NCBI GenBank assembly: GCA_963575745.1
Contig: CAUYUJ010000070.1
Location: 558,001-622,000, forward strand
DNA length: 64,000 bases
Direction: 5' to 3'
From: Prorocentrum cordatum
Lineage: Eukaryota
Shown here: piece after piece, positions 1 to 11,663 of the stretch
How the letters are laid out: every line of letters starts with the position of its first letter
Position numbering within the stretch: position 1 is the first letter of the stretch
The notes under the pieces: model-generated
What the model saw: only the letters and a program-made list of their open reading frames with translations
Told to the model about the DNA's origin: nothing
Database searches by the model: none
Made by a program: the position numbers and the translations under genes

Positions 1-892
1 AGGATCCGCTCCTCCCTGGACGGGGCTTGCCAAACTCGTCATCTACTCTCTGAAAGCAGCTGTTCAGAAAAATATCGCTGAGTGGTATCACCACAAACGA
101 AACTTCACCACTTGCTGTTTGCGATCACGCAAAACTGCCCTGCAACTTCTCCCACCCTGTACTCCCGTGAGACAAAGTGTTGTTACCATGGTGGGCGCGA
201 ACATTGTGTAGAGATGTTGTGAACCGTCTCCTGCACCTTGTGAACATGGCGCTACTGCGCCGCCGGTGCTGCCAGCCGCGGCTGCCGTGTTCTTGCCTTC
301 GTCTCCTCGGCGCCCACGTCACTGCTTCTTGCGGCGGCCCTGCTTGGCTCTCGCCCCGCCAGCTCTGCCGCACGTCGGCCCCCTCGCTTCCTGCGCCCCC
401 ATCTTTCCGGCGCCGAGCCCCTGGATCTGTGCCTCGCTTGGGCCGTGCCAGTGTCGGCGCCTCTGCGGCCTGCTGTCCAACTTCTCCTCCGCCCCCTGCC
501 GCTCCTCTGGCGCCTGGCGCCTCGTGTGGCCGCTTTCTTCTGGTGGGCTTGTTTTCCACCACCACTACCATAAGTAGGAGGGGGAGGGGATCCTCCTCCT
601 CCTCTTCCTCCTCATCCTCCACCTCCTTCCCCCCTCCAACTTATAGTGGCGGTGGTGGGAAACAGGCCCATCATCTTCTGCTTCCCCCGCTCCCAGCTTC
701 CTTGCACCCGGCCGCCCCGGCCTGCCTCTCAGCCCAGGGCACCTGGGCCACCGCGCGCTCCTCGCACCAGGTGGCTGACTCGATGTGCGCTGAGCGTGGC
801 CCGCCGGTGCTTGACCTGCCGTTGCCTTGCCAATGCGGCGCCTGGAGGACAAGGCGCCCTGATGCCTGCAGTGCGCCCCAAGGCTCCACCTC

Positions 893-897
893 AGAGG
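893..897 (+). repeat. 5-bp target-site duplication AGAGG (left copy)
   Basis: AGAGG immediately precedes the left LTR, and the same 5-mer follows the right LTR. Confidence 0.9.
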
Positions 898-1134
898 AGT
901 CCAAAGTGAGCTTGGTAGGTCACATTGCATCCATTTCCATGTCGGGGAATACGATATGTGTATGTGGATGGGTAGGATAGGAGAAGATCGATGTATCGGT
1001 TTTTCCAGCACATGGCGAATACCATGTCAGGTATCCGGGCAAATAGGGCGCGCGTGCCTTGAGCCACAAGGCAGCGACGCGCAGGCTATACTCTCGTGTA
1101 TATATATACACCCCAAAAGAGCTACCCTTAAAGT
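898..1134 (-). repeat. 3' LTR (237 bp)
   Basis: AGTCCAAAGTGAG...GCTACCCTTAAAGT aligns with 17014-17254, with roughly 15 substitutions and a (TA)n length difference by eye. Confidence 0.95.
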
Positions 1135-1588
1135 CGGGAGGGGAGGAGACGGAGAGTAAAGCCGCGCAGTCGCTAGGCTCTCGGCAATCGCGCGACAGCT
1201 CGAACGGAAAAACAGTGCTCGCAATCTAGTTCACCACTAGACAGAAGGGCGAGCTTCCTCGCCGGCGAGTTACCTCGCAAAGGTTTTCCACGCGTTTTGC
1301 AAAGAGAGCCCCTGGGGCGACCAAGGGCTAGCGGCCCGGTTAGAGGTTAGCCAAACAGGATATTCCCCTCCGGGCAAGAGATATTGAGGCAAGGAGCCTA
1401 GGAGAACTGGAAAGGCTCGCTGCCAAGCGTGAAAAATGGCATGGCCCGTTTCCGAGCGAGCTGGAGTGCGCCTACATAATAGGCGCCCGTGCTGGCTAGC
1501 TGGACCGCAGAGGCAACAAGGACAGACTAGAAACGATTCGGCTTCAGTTTTGTTTTGTCCTCAGGGCCCCGAAAATGAACAAACTGCT

Positions 1589-2293
1589 TCACGTCATACT
1601 CAACGACTGAGTACCTGACATCACTTCCAAAAGCAGCTCCCGATCGATACTCCCCTTTGTGTGCCCATCTGCGGTCATGTCCCTAGCGTCACACCACTGT
1701 ATGTTATGCACTATACCTATATCCATGAGCTCACGTATCCAACTGGTATGTCCTAGCAGGGTGCGTTCTGTCGGTATCTTGAGGTCTTTGCTAGACAGTG
1801 ACTTGTATACAGACTCGGCGTCTATCGTGAAGGATACTTTGACAGCCAGGCCTCCAACTTCACGCATATCCCGTAGTTGTCGCGGGGTGAGTGCCCCAGC
1901 CTTGAGCTCGTGGAGGGTGATGAGCGTGGGATAGCATTCATCAAGGTTGTGTGCAGCTGCGAGTGCCTTAGCGGCGTAGCTGGACCTCACCTGCAGTCGG
2001 TGTGACTTGCATAGACCGTCGCAAAGGTGAACGACGGATTTGCCTTGGGGCGAGCTTCCTCGCCTTAGCACGTTAGCCCCGCGAATGCCGTAGCCTTTGG
2101 TCTCGTCGTCCTCCTCCCCGGTGAATCTCCGATAACCAGAGTCACTGTGTATGTCTACCTCACCAGTCGGCTTCATCCGAGGGAAGGTGATGCGTTTCGG
2201 GCTGCTGATCAGCTTTCGCGCCACAGCATTCAGTCGCATGACTTGTAGGTTGGTGGGCTCCTGGATCTTCTGGAGAGACACCACATACACCAT
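1589..2293 (-). pseudogene. Copia RNase H domain (plus RT C-terminus)
   Basis: Motifs IHSDSG, VRSSYAAK(E)ALA, IDAESVY, WCDARDMTADGHTKG match copia RNase H; the conserved E appears as K. Confidence 0.9.
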
Positions 2294-3300
2294 GAGCCAG
2301 ACCTGAGCGAGGAGGCATAGGCGAGAGCTCCTCGCAGGCTAACGAACATGTCGGCAATGAGCTTGGTAGCCTTAGCTTCGGCCGCTGCACCTGTAAGTTC
2401 GGGATGTGTGATAGAACGTAGTTGTTTGATGTACTCGTCTTGGTCCATTATCACATCCCCTTGTTCGTTCTTGGTGTAGCGGACGGTACAGTTGGTGTAA
2501 GAGTGCGTGTTGAGCTTGCACTTGCCAAACACCTTTTCAACACGTTGCACGTAATCATCTACGTGTTTCTCTAAGCCTCTCATGTTGATGTCGTCGACGT
2601 GTTTTGCTGTTAACACATCCTGGCTGAATTCGAATTCTGGATCGTAACTAGTCGTGCGAGGTCTATAGCTCGAGTGGTCGTGCGAAGCTTGAGAGAGAAC
2701 GCCCTTGGGGCGTCTTTCGTACCGGTCCCTGGCTTCAGGCACCTAAGGCAGCGCCGGCTCTCATCATAAGAGGAGAAGCCCGGAAGGGTGCGAAGCACCT
2801 GGGCACCTCCTGGTGGAAGTGCGAAGCAAACCATGCGAGTTTCCTCGCCGGTGGCGTGAGCAAGTTCCTCATATGTCAGGCTTTTGAGGAATGCTTTGTC
2901 AATGTCCGTAGATGCTAAGATCCAGTCTGGATGACACGCCGCTTCACTTGCCAGAAGCCTCTGGGACTGTCGGCGAGCAATTCCCGAGAAGGTTTCCACG
3001 TCGAAAGCTTCCGCGTCCATAAAATCCACGGAGGGCAAGTCTGAGACGGATTGTTTTGACATTCTCGGTGCCCACCTTCACAAACTTCCACTTGCATACG
3101 TATCTTGACGTCGTAACGTTGGAAGTTTTCGATAAATCGTACATATCAAAACAGTGGTTGTCGAGCCAGATCTTGAGTTCGGTGTACAAGGCTTCGCTGA
3201 TATGCTTGGGATGTGCTGCTATGTCGGCCTTAGTAGTGAGTAGGTCATCTTCCTTAACTACTACAGCACGTTCAGCAGCCAATGATACGTATACTCTCAT
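2230..3300 (-). pseudogene. Copia reverse transcriptase, split by frameshifts over ORFs 2944..4254, 2610..3062 and 2230..2742
   Basis: SRYVCKWK, IRLRLALRGF, STDIDKAFL, LKPGTGTKDAPRAF, KHVDD (YxDD equivalent), MDQDEYIKQL. Confidence 0.9.
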
Positions 3301-4229
3301 CGTTGCGACCATACTTGGCTCGAGCTGTGCCAGTTGGATCTGATCCAGTACGACCTTTGTCACTTCTGGCGTAAAGCACAATTCGGCGCATGGGCGATAT
3401 TCGCCACTGTCAAGAGAGTAATCCTCGTCAGGTGTGGTCGAGCATAACGAGACAAAGCTAAACTCTTGCTGTTCAGGCTCGTCGCCGAGCGTATCCGATA
3501 CAAGAAGATCTTCCTCGCCCACCGATGCTGAGACCAAGACACATTGGTCGGGCAGCATAGTAGTTGGGACGCGGTAGAGACATTCGTCGGTCACCGACAT
3601 GGGATGAAGGTCCATACGCAGCTCATCATACCATTCCTCCATCATCATGGCCTGGATGCCGTGTTCCTCGCTTTCCTCGTAGATTGTGGACAGGCGACCT
3701 TCGCTTGGTGATGAAGCACCTGGGGTGCCTGGAGCAGGCCTGTCTCCAGGCTGGCCAGGTCTTTCAGACGTTGTGTCCGAGAGTTGATACTTGACCAGGT
3801 CGTCGTGAAACCCTAGGGAAGGAGCTTTTGACGTCAGGCACTGGATGAGTCTGGAGTGGGTGCTACCAGTGATTTGGGAGATGCTCAAACCGGTGCCTAC
3901 GCACTCGTAGTAGTGGAAGGCTGGGTTGACATCGCTGTCGCAGTGGATCAATGTCGACCCTGTGGCGCACTTGACTGAAGGTAGGTTGGGCACGCTCTTG
4001 GCCAACCTCACGGCTACTACGCGCGCAACTCTGAAGTAGTTTCGCACGAGATACTGTAGTGCCAGACGCGCGGGTGAAACTTGCTGTCGTCGGAGAGGTT
4101 GAGGTTTCCCTGTAGCCAGGGATATAGCCGAACACTTTGGCAGGTTTCCCTGCACCGAGGTGTGCCACGTAAGTGAGGACGGTCTGCATGGCCATGTTGT
4201 CCATGCCAAGTTCCCTGGTGAGAAGGCAT

Positions 4230-5290
4230 TCAATATATAGCGTGCGGCGAGCATCGGGGTACATCACAATCACCTTACGCGATCCTGCCTTGACGACTAC
4301 GCGTCCGCGTTCGGGCACGTTACGGATGGCAGGGAACGGGCCGTTCCAGCCTCTAGGATCGTCCTTAGTGGCCGTGGGTCGGTGATAGTCGACCCGCTCC
4401 CCAGCAGAGCATAGGCGAGCACCATCCGGCGCTGTCTTGGCCCTGAGGGCACGGTTCGTCTTCGCCACCGCCGTTGCCTGAGTTATTGCTTCCAGGCTAA
4501 CTTCCCTCACGCGGCGCTCGCGTTCGTGGCCTGACGTCTCGGGGCCCTTGGGAAAGTCAAGGGTGTCGAGGTCAGGAAGGAAAGAGGGTTGTCGCCCAGC
4601 GCGCGCTTGGCACGGCGATACACCGTTGTAGAACGTGAAAGCGTTAGTGGCGAAGATGCCTTCGGCTAGTACCCTGGTAAATACAATGGGGATGTTCTGT
4701 ATGTTCAGCTCTTCCTCAATCATGCGAAGAGTGCCTCTGAGGATGCCGTTACGCGACTCAATCGAGGTCGCGCGTTGGCCAGGCGCTCGGATACGCAGTG
4801 TCGTACCCTTATGCGCCATCATGGCCTTGGCGGTGTCGTTGTTGAGGGCACCTTCTCCATCCGAGTGCAGTACCTTGAAGGGTCCATGATAGGCGATCCA
4901 GCAGTAGTGGTAGGCGTTGAGTATAGTCTCACGCTCTTTGTCGGGGACTTCTTGGCCTGCTGTCAGGCGAATACATCGGTCCATAATGTGGAATATGATC
5001 CGTTTGTTGTAAAACATGAGATCTACTTCGCCTTCGTCAAGCCAATTTCCAGGGGGGCTCACTGAAGGTAACGTGGAGTTACCTGGGCGCTCCCAAGCTC
5101 TACACTCCCGACAAGTGTCGCAGACTTCTTTAATCATGTTTAATCGAACAGCGTCTAAACCCACCTTTTCGAGGATCAGCCTCATCTTGGGTTCCTTCGC
5201 ATGATACCACTGTAAGTGCAGTTTGCGGAGTTCCTTCTTGACTACATGAGGCTCATAACTGCGGAGGTTCTGCAGACTGCGTTGGATATC
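4230..5290 (-). pseudogene. Integrase (HHCC zinc domain + DDE core) inside ORF 3863..6109
   Basis: LRKLHLQWYH...CDTCREC (HHCC); EVDLMF, HSDGEG and IESRNG give the D,D,E triad; WNGPF C-terminal motif. Confidence 0.92.
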
Positions 5291-6029
5291 AGACCTCGTC
5301 CAGTCAGGCAATCGTGGGGCCCCCGAGCCAGTTGAGGCAAGAGGGTTCCTCGTGGCTCTCCGCAGTCGGCCCCCTTCGGCAACTGCATCTGGTGGTGGAG
5401 GTACACCTTGTAAGCGGCCACGGCGGGCCGCTACCTGTGGTGGTTCGCTCGACGACGCGGAAGGCGTGTTTCCACGCTCGGGCGCGTCTCGCAGTATATC
5501 ATAGCTGCTCGCACCTGATGTGGGATCGGTGTTCCCAGGGGCGCGTGGCCCTGGTGGCCTGGCGCGGGCGCCCTGGCGGCCACCCGATGCCGAGGCTTGA
5601 CCCTCACCCAGCCTGGGCAAGGGGTCCCACCAGGCTGGCACAGTGCGCCCCTCTGGGCCATGGTCATCAGGGAGTTTGAACGGCTCGGCAAAGCGGCATT
5701 TGCCGGGCTCGGTGTCGAGGTGGTTCTTAACACCCTTGCCCCTCGTGAGGTCCTTCTGGCATGCAGGACATGGCCAATATGCGGGGATGGTGTCGTGATG
5801 TTTACACTGTGTAGGATCCCTGTTGTGGCTAGGGCTGTCCTTGCGGACGTTGTCGATGCATGCTGGGCACGCGGCTACTTCTGGAATGACACGTGCACCA
5901 AGGCGTTTCATACGATCTCCCAGTTCGGCTCGATCAGAGAGGTCGGTAGGATAAGCCTGAGCGGTTCGCGCAGGCGCGTCTCCGCGCGCGTTGTCAATGG
6001 CTTTCGCCAGGTAGACGGCTTCCACAAAG

Positions 6030-6640
6030 GCGGACTGCAGTCGTCGGGTATACTGCTGTGCTAGTGAAAGCTCCTTGTTGCACGGCTGCGCATGCATGTG
6101 CCGTTGCACTTGAGCAGCCCGAAGGGTTTAAGAATCGCCTCGTCGTTGCTGGTGATATCCGTCGGCTTCTTGATATAGTCCCCAGCAGTATCCATGAGTC
6201 CCGTCGCACATTGGTCGATGCGTGCAGTTGTAATGTGTGATCGGTCGGCAAGTTCTTTCCATGGGGGATCTGATCCACCCATGTTCCTGTGGGTTGCTCG
6301 CGCATGAACCACCTCCGTGCGTTGTCTTGTGTCAAAGTTATTTTGCCACAGTAGGTTTTGTGTGGCAAGTCTTCTTTGTGGTGCTGTTTCCAAGTGTCGC
6401 AGTTGGCTTGGCAGTTGTAGTAGGATGGTGGTCCTGTGGTGGGGCAGCTCGGCTGTAGAATGGCGACCCGTACGTAGCATACTGCAAAGTAGTGGTCTAC
6501 AGCTCGCTGCACCGAGGGATCTCCCAGGTCGACGCACGTGGTCTTGTCTAGATTGCCGCCTGCGGAGAGGCCTCTTGAGAAGGCAAGCTTTGAAATGCCA
6601 CCCTCACCTCCACACAGCTCCAAGAAGTCGGCGCAGTTGT
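6030..6640 (-). pseudogene. Cytosine DNA methyltransferase-like domain (frameshifted)
   Basis: FLELCGGEGG (motif I-like), LQPSC (motif IV PC-like), MREQP (motif VI-like), then DQCATGL...IKKPT in the next frame; DNMT-bearing retrotransposons are known in dinoflagellates. Confidence 0.75.
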
Positions 6641-6745
6641 TGTTACCAGAGCATAGAGTAGCCACTATATTATATACATCGGCGTGTGTGTCGGGCAGAA
6701 ATGTGGGGAGGGTAGGGAACAGGTCATCTTCCTCGTCAGAGCTGA

Positions 6746-7986
6746 TCAGCTCGACGCGGACGTCAGTGCTCCAGGTCGCCATAAGGTCCTCTCCGAGTCC
6801 TGGCGAGTCATCGCCACTATCGTCGTTTCCATCTTCAACGTGCTTTTTGATGCGGCGAGGCTTGATGCCTGCTTCCTTTTCGGCTTTAAGCCTTTCCTTC
6901 TGTTTGATACGCGATTCAGTGGGTAGAACTTGCTCGTCGTGTTCACCGGTCTGCATGCCCATCGTCGCTGATGAGAGGGTACCTGCAACAATCGCCAGAG
7001 TCGGGAGGGGGAAGGACAGTCATCTATGATGACGCGTCTAGGTTTCTTTGGTGATTGAGCGGGCTCGTTGCCGAGCATGACCTGCTCCTCGGGCTGCCAG
7101 TACAAGCGTGTGCTGATGTTGGCAAACCCTTCGGGCAGTGGTACATGCCAATCATACCCCGTCGGTTGATCGGCTACTGCGATATCCTGGATAACTGTGT
7201 TAGTATCCAGGTTGATCGTCACACGTCGGATAACATCAGACCAATTTGGTCCACCTTTGTTGGTCGTCACATAGATTGTATATTATGGTCCGCACGCGTG
7301 TATGTGCTTAGGTATACCGGCACGTTTCCGTGCATAGTGTTTCCCTTCCCCAGGATCCGATCATTAAGGTGGCGAGTGAGCGTGATGCGTGCTTGTGCTC
7401 TCCATTCGGCATGTCGTGCCGTTTGGCCGTACCCATCCAAAACATGTTGTGGTATCGTCTGTTTGCACGTACATGCCCATAGCTTGGAGCTAATCGGTAT
7501 TGATGTGGCTACCTGCATATGTGAACCACTTGGTGTATCATCCTGCATATTGAACCTAATACCGAAAGGGCATGACCACATCCGCACTACGGCCAGCTTA
7601 AGATCTTCTAGGGTGTCACGTACTGGAGATAACTTCCAAACGTATCCCAGGGGTCCAAACACTATAATCACCATACGGAGCTTCCGTGTCTTCGTCAGAA
7701 GGTTCTGAATGCGTGACCAGTGTGGGGCTACTCTTTTACCTGGGGTCCTTACGTACCAGTCCCCTGGAGCGCTGACCCAGATTAGAGCGTAGTCCCCGCT
7801 AGATACCGCCCAAAAACACTCTGTGCCCACAGCTGTCATGAGCTCGTTGCGGGAGATACGGTCACAGGTAGATCCTCGGGTGCGGAGGTCAGCGCAAGCC
7901 TCTCTCGTATCCTCGATGACGAAAGCTCTCTTTTTATGGCGGGTTGCCCCGCTGTCCCTGTTACCCCCTGGCCTCTCGGCTAGCAT
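6746..7986 (-). pseudogene. Uncharacterised polyprotein segments between protease and DNMT-like domain (ORFs 7267..7986 and 6746..7270)
   Basis: Non-low-complexity ORFs collinear with pol; contains GPNWSDVIRRVTINLDTNTVIQD. Confidence 0.55.
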
Positions 7987-8499
7987 GCAAGGCGACGCGG
8001 GGATAGCGTCGCCCTGCCCTCTTCACGATGAGGAAGAGGGCCTTGTCGCGCTCGCCAGCATCTGAGCTTCTTGCAGATGCTGAAGCTCGGCCTGGCAGCG
8101 CGCGGTAGCCTCAGAGGCGGATTGCTCCGCAAATGTGGCCAGCATAGCCGGGTTGTCCGTTAGCTGCTTCAGGATGCCATTCGACCTCGCGTGGGTGACC
8201 GTCTGCAGCTCGCAAGGCGTGTACCCCATCACTATCTTCTTGCGTGTCTTCAACGCGTCCAACGGTGCAACACCTTCGCCGAGCTGGGCCAGTGTCCTGG
8301 CTACGGAGCAATCGAACGTCTCCAGATCGTCGATGCTGTCGCCTCTCGTCGCCGCCTTGGCGAGGACTGCGAGCAAGCCCTGAGGCAGGTCTCCCTGCAC
8401 CTGTTGGCGCTCTTGCGAAGGAGACGGCTCGCCCGTCAGCACCGTCTGGAATGACGTCGTACTCGTACTTGAGGCGGGTTGCCCCGCGGCCCCAAATCG

Positions 8500-8935
8500 G
8501 TCACACCTGATCGACAGATGGCCTGATGGCAACTTGGCTGTAGGCATGACTTTGGAGCCCTCGGGGAGTTCCATCTTGACCTGCCCCTTCCCTAGGAAGA
8601 TCAGCTTCTCCTGGCCTCGCTCAAGCACAATAATGGCGCGCTTGTCCTGCATGCTGTCGAGGCCCAGGATAGCCGGCAGGTCCTTGCCGCAACCCGACAC
8701 GATGTTGGTCTTGTACGAGTCGATCTGGGTCGAGCCCTGGTACTCGCAGGCAATGCTGAAGGTGCACACGGTGTCGGATGGGGCCGACCCCTCGCCTACC
8801 CCGTTTATGTTGAGCAACGAACGGGGTTCGAACGTACAGGGGCGATTGTGTGACTCAGCAGCCTGAACAAATTTGCGGCTCGTGTTCCACCCCCATTATT
8901 TTGATCTTCGAGCCCACATCTATGAAGATCGCGTT
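8500..8935 (-). pseudogene. Retropepsin-like aspartic protease (frameshifted)
   Basis: AIFIDVGS (D[T/S]G-like) at the end of ORF 8855..11074, then INGVG, LPAILGLDSM and PSGHL in ORF 8023..8817. Confidence 0.8.
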
Positions 8936-9899
8936 GCCGCCGTCCTCGAGAAATTGTCTGCTAGGCTGCTTGACGTGCACCGTTTCTGTTGCGCATTTTG
9001 CGACATCCCGCAGGCTTCCCCGCGTCTGGGACGCGCCTCCTGGCGGGTTTCCCCGCTCCTCTGGAGTTCGGCGCAGCCGCCCGCCGAATAACTCCAACAC
9101 TCTGGCACTCGGCCTGGTCGGTGCATACCTTGGCTGAAAATCCCGATGGAGATTGGCACGGGCCCCCGGCCGCTGTCCCGCGACTATTCGTGCCAGATGG
9201 ATAGCGTTGATGCCTTGTTCTTCCCGCCAGTTCGCATACTCGGCACGTATGCTGGCGCATTGGTCCTGAGTGGTACGGCGCGTCAACATCAGGTATGATT
9301 GCAGAGTTATGTCCTGCAGCCCCTCATCCATGACGTGATCCTGGTACTGCAACCACTCGTCGAACTCGTTGTTCGTGGCTGAGAGCTCGTCGGCCCGGGC
9401 CGCCACTACCGACGTCGCTACTGACGAGCCTGAGATGTCGAGCGTTTCGCTCTCAGGGTCGTTTGCGTCCAGCATGAAGGTAGTGTGCGCATTCTCCATC
9501 TGGGCTTGGAGGTGGCGAACCCGCTGCTGCCGTAGCTGGTCAGGATCCAGCGGCAGCTCGGCATCGCCCCCGCCTTGGGGGGACATCGGAGGAGCCACTT
9601 GTCCGATCCCAGGCTCGTAGTGAGTTGGAGGGACCGGCGAAGGTGGCGCGTTTGGCAGGTTGCCCTGCTGCGGCGCCGGCGTCGGGGTGAGCTGGTCGAA
9701 GTACCCCGTCTCCATCGGCGCGCGCACCTCCTCCGGCAGGCTTCCCCGCTGCTGGAGCTGATCCGCCTGCGTGTCCAGCGTCCTGGCCGTCATCGTTTCC
9801 ACCATGCCCCTCAGCTCCCGCAGCTCCCTCGCCGCTTGTTCGGGGGCCTGCGTGACGGAGCCGGTCCATGGGAACGACGACGCTATGATACCTGGTGCC

Positions 9900-10057
9900 C
9901 GGCAGATGGCACACACGGGTTGTTGGGGATCACCGTCTCGCTGGTTCGTGACATGGCCCACCACGCGCACGTTCCAGCATTCCTCGTGGAATAAATGGTT
10001 GCACCTCATGCGGTAGATGGTCTCCCTCGGCCTGAACTCCTCGAGACACACCGCGCA
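9900..10057 (-). pseudogene. RING-H2 (C3H2C3-type) zinc finger within ORF 8855..11074
   Basis: CAVCLEEF...CNHLFHEECW...CAICR. Confidence 0.9.
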
Positions 10058-11663
10058 GGTGTCTTCCATCCCGGCGTAGACCTCCACGTCCGCCGCCCTG
10101 GGGTACACCCGCCGCTGCCGCTCCAGCACCGCCTCGGCGTCCAGGAAGACAGCTGGGGGATCCCCAGCGACTGGCTGAGCCTCCGGCGCTGGGGCAGCTG
10201 CTGCTGGGGCGGCTGCCACTGCGGAGGCAGCGGGCGACGCTGCCGGCGAGCCCCCTCGCGTAGGTGAGCCCTTGCCCTTGCCCCTCAGTGCCTCAAGGGC
10301 TGCTGCGCGTGCTTGATCACGTACACTCTGCACCGCCTGCCGGCGTCTGAAACACGCCTGTTGGGTGTGGTATGTCTGCCTGATGTAGTCGGGCACTCCC
10401 CTGCTGCCCGAAGATATCACATGGGCTGAGGGCTGGACAACCACGTCCGGCCTCGTCGGTGCAAGCATAAATGACATATGATGGTACATAGACGGATCAC
10501 TGCAACGCGCGTTGGTAAGGCGATGAAATTGGCCCGCTGCTTCACGCACAAACCTATTCGGGAGCCTGGAGCCGTCTGGATACAACGGCGGATCCATGGT
10601 TGCGGCTGGCGGCCTCTGGCCTTGGGCCATGCTCGGGAGGGCATTGAAAACCGGGATAAAGGCTCGCTGCCGAGCGGGGTCGAACGGGTTCGGACCCTCA
10701 GGCTCCCAAGACCAGGCTGGCCTCCACCTCGGACCGCTTGGGTAAGGCAAGTTGTGGCTCTGCACCTGCTGCACCGCGGCTGCCACCCGTGTGCGGTAAT
10801 CGTCCGGCACCCCTGTAGGAATGTTCTGGTTGATCAGCGGTCGGTGCTGCAAAGGAGTGCCGGGCAGGTTCCCCTGCGATGTTGAGGGCGTGCCTGGTGG
10901 CATCATGCCCAGGAGAGCTGTGCCCTGTTCAGCTCGGGCCACGGCGATCCGCCCCATAAGGGTGCCGCTCGGAGCAGGACGCTCGGGTGTCCCGAATGGG
11001 GATTGCACCGGCATCGACGCTGCCGGCGCCATGCCCCTCGGCGTGCGCATGCTGTGCGAGGGGCCCCCTGGCATCTGCTCGAATCGAGCTAGCTATCCGA
11101 AGATGTCGCGGCCAAATGTTTGCGGATCTCCCTGCGGCTCGGGCAAGTCGTTCCTGATCCCGTTGACTGGCAGGTTTCCCTGCAGAGCCTGGCGGTTGCG
11201 CGTCACCATCGCGGACATACCTCCCCGACCTGCAGCCCAGGGGTCTTGTTGATAGAGTCTGTCCGCTAACTGTTCCACCTGCTCGGGGTTCAGAGCAGCC
11301 ACAATCTGATCAAGATCCGCGTTACTGAGGACTTGCCAGGATGCGGCGCTGGGCCCTTGGCTCGGAGCGCGGCTTGGCGGCTGACTGGGAGCCGCACTCC
11401 CCGCCTCACTGGCGTTGATCATGAAGACATGGTGAGTCTCGGGCTGGTTTTCGGCAGCGCGAGTTGGGTTGTAGTGGTCTCCCCACTCTCTCTGGCAGCA
11501 TGCTGATGGGGGCTCGTCGTCACGCCAGAGCGACATCCTGCACCCAATGCTCGCGATGCCCACTGGCTTCGAATTGCCAGGCGCATTCAGTTCGGCCGGC
11601 GTGCATCGTGCACGGCGGTTGCCTAAGTAGTGAGGGTTACGCCACTGCCTGCCGGTGGCGATC

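Noticed and set aside
125..897. Overlapping ORFs left of the LTR
   Set aside because: GC-rich low-complexity frames with no motif; any host exons cannot be delimited
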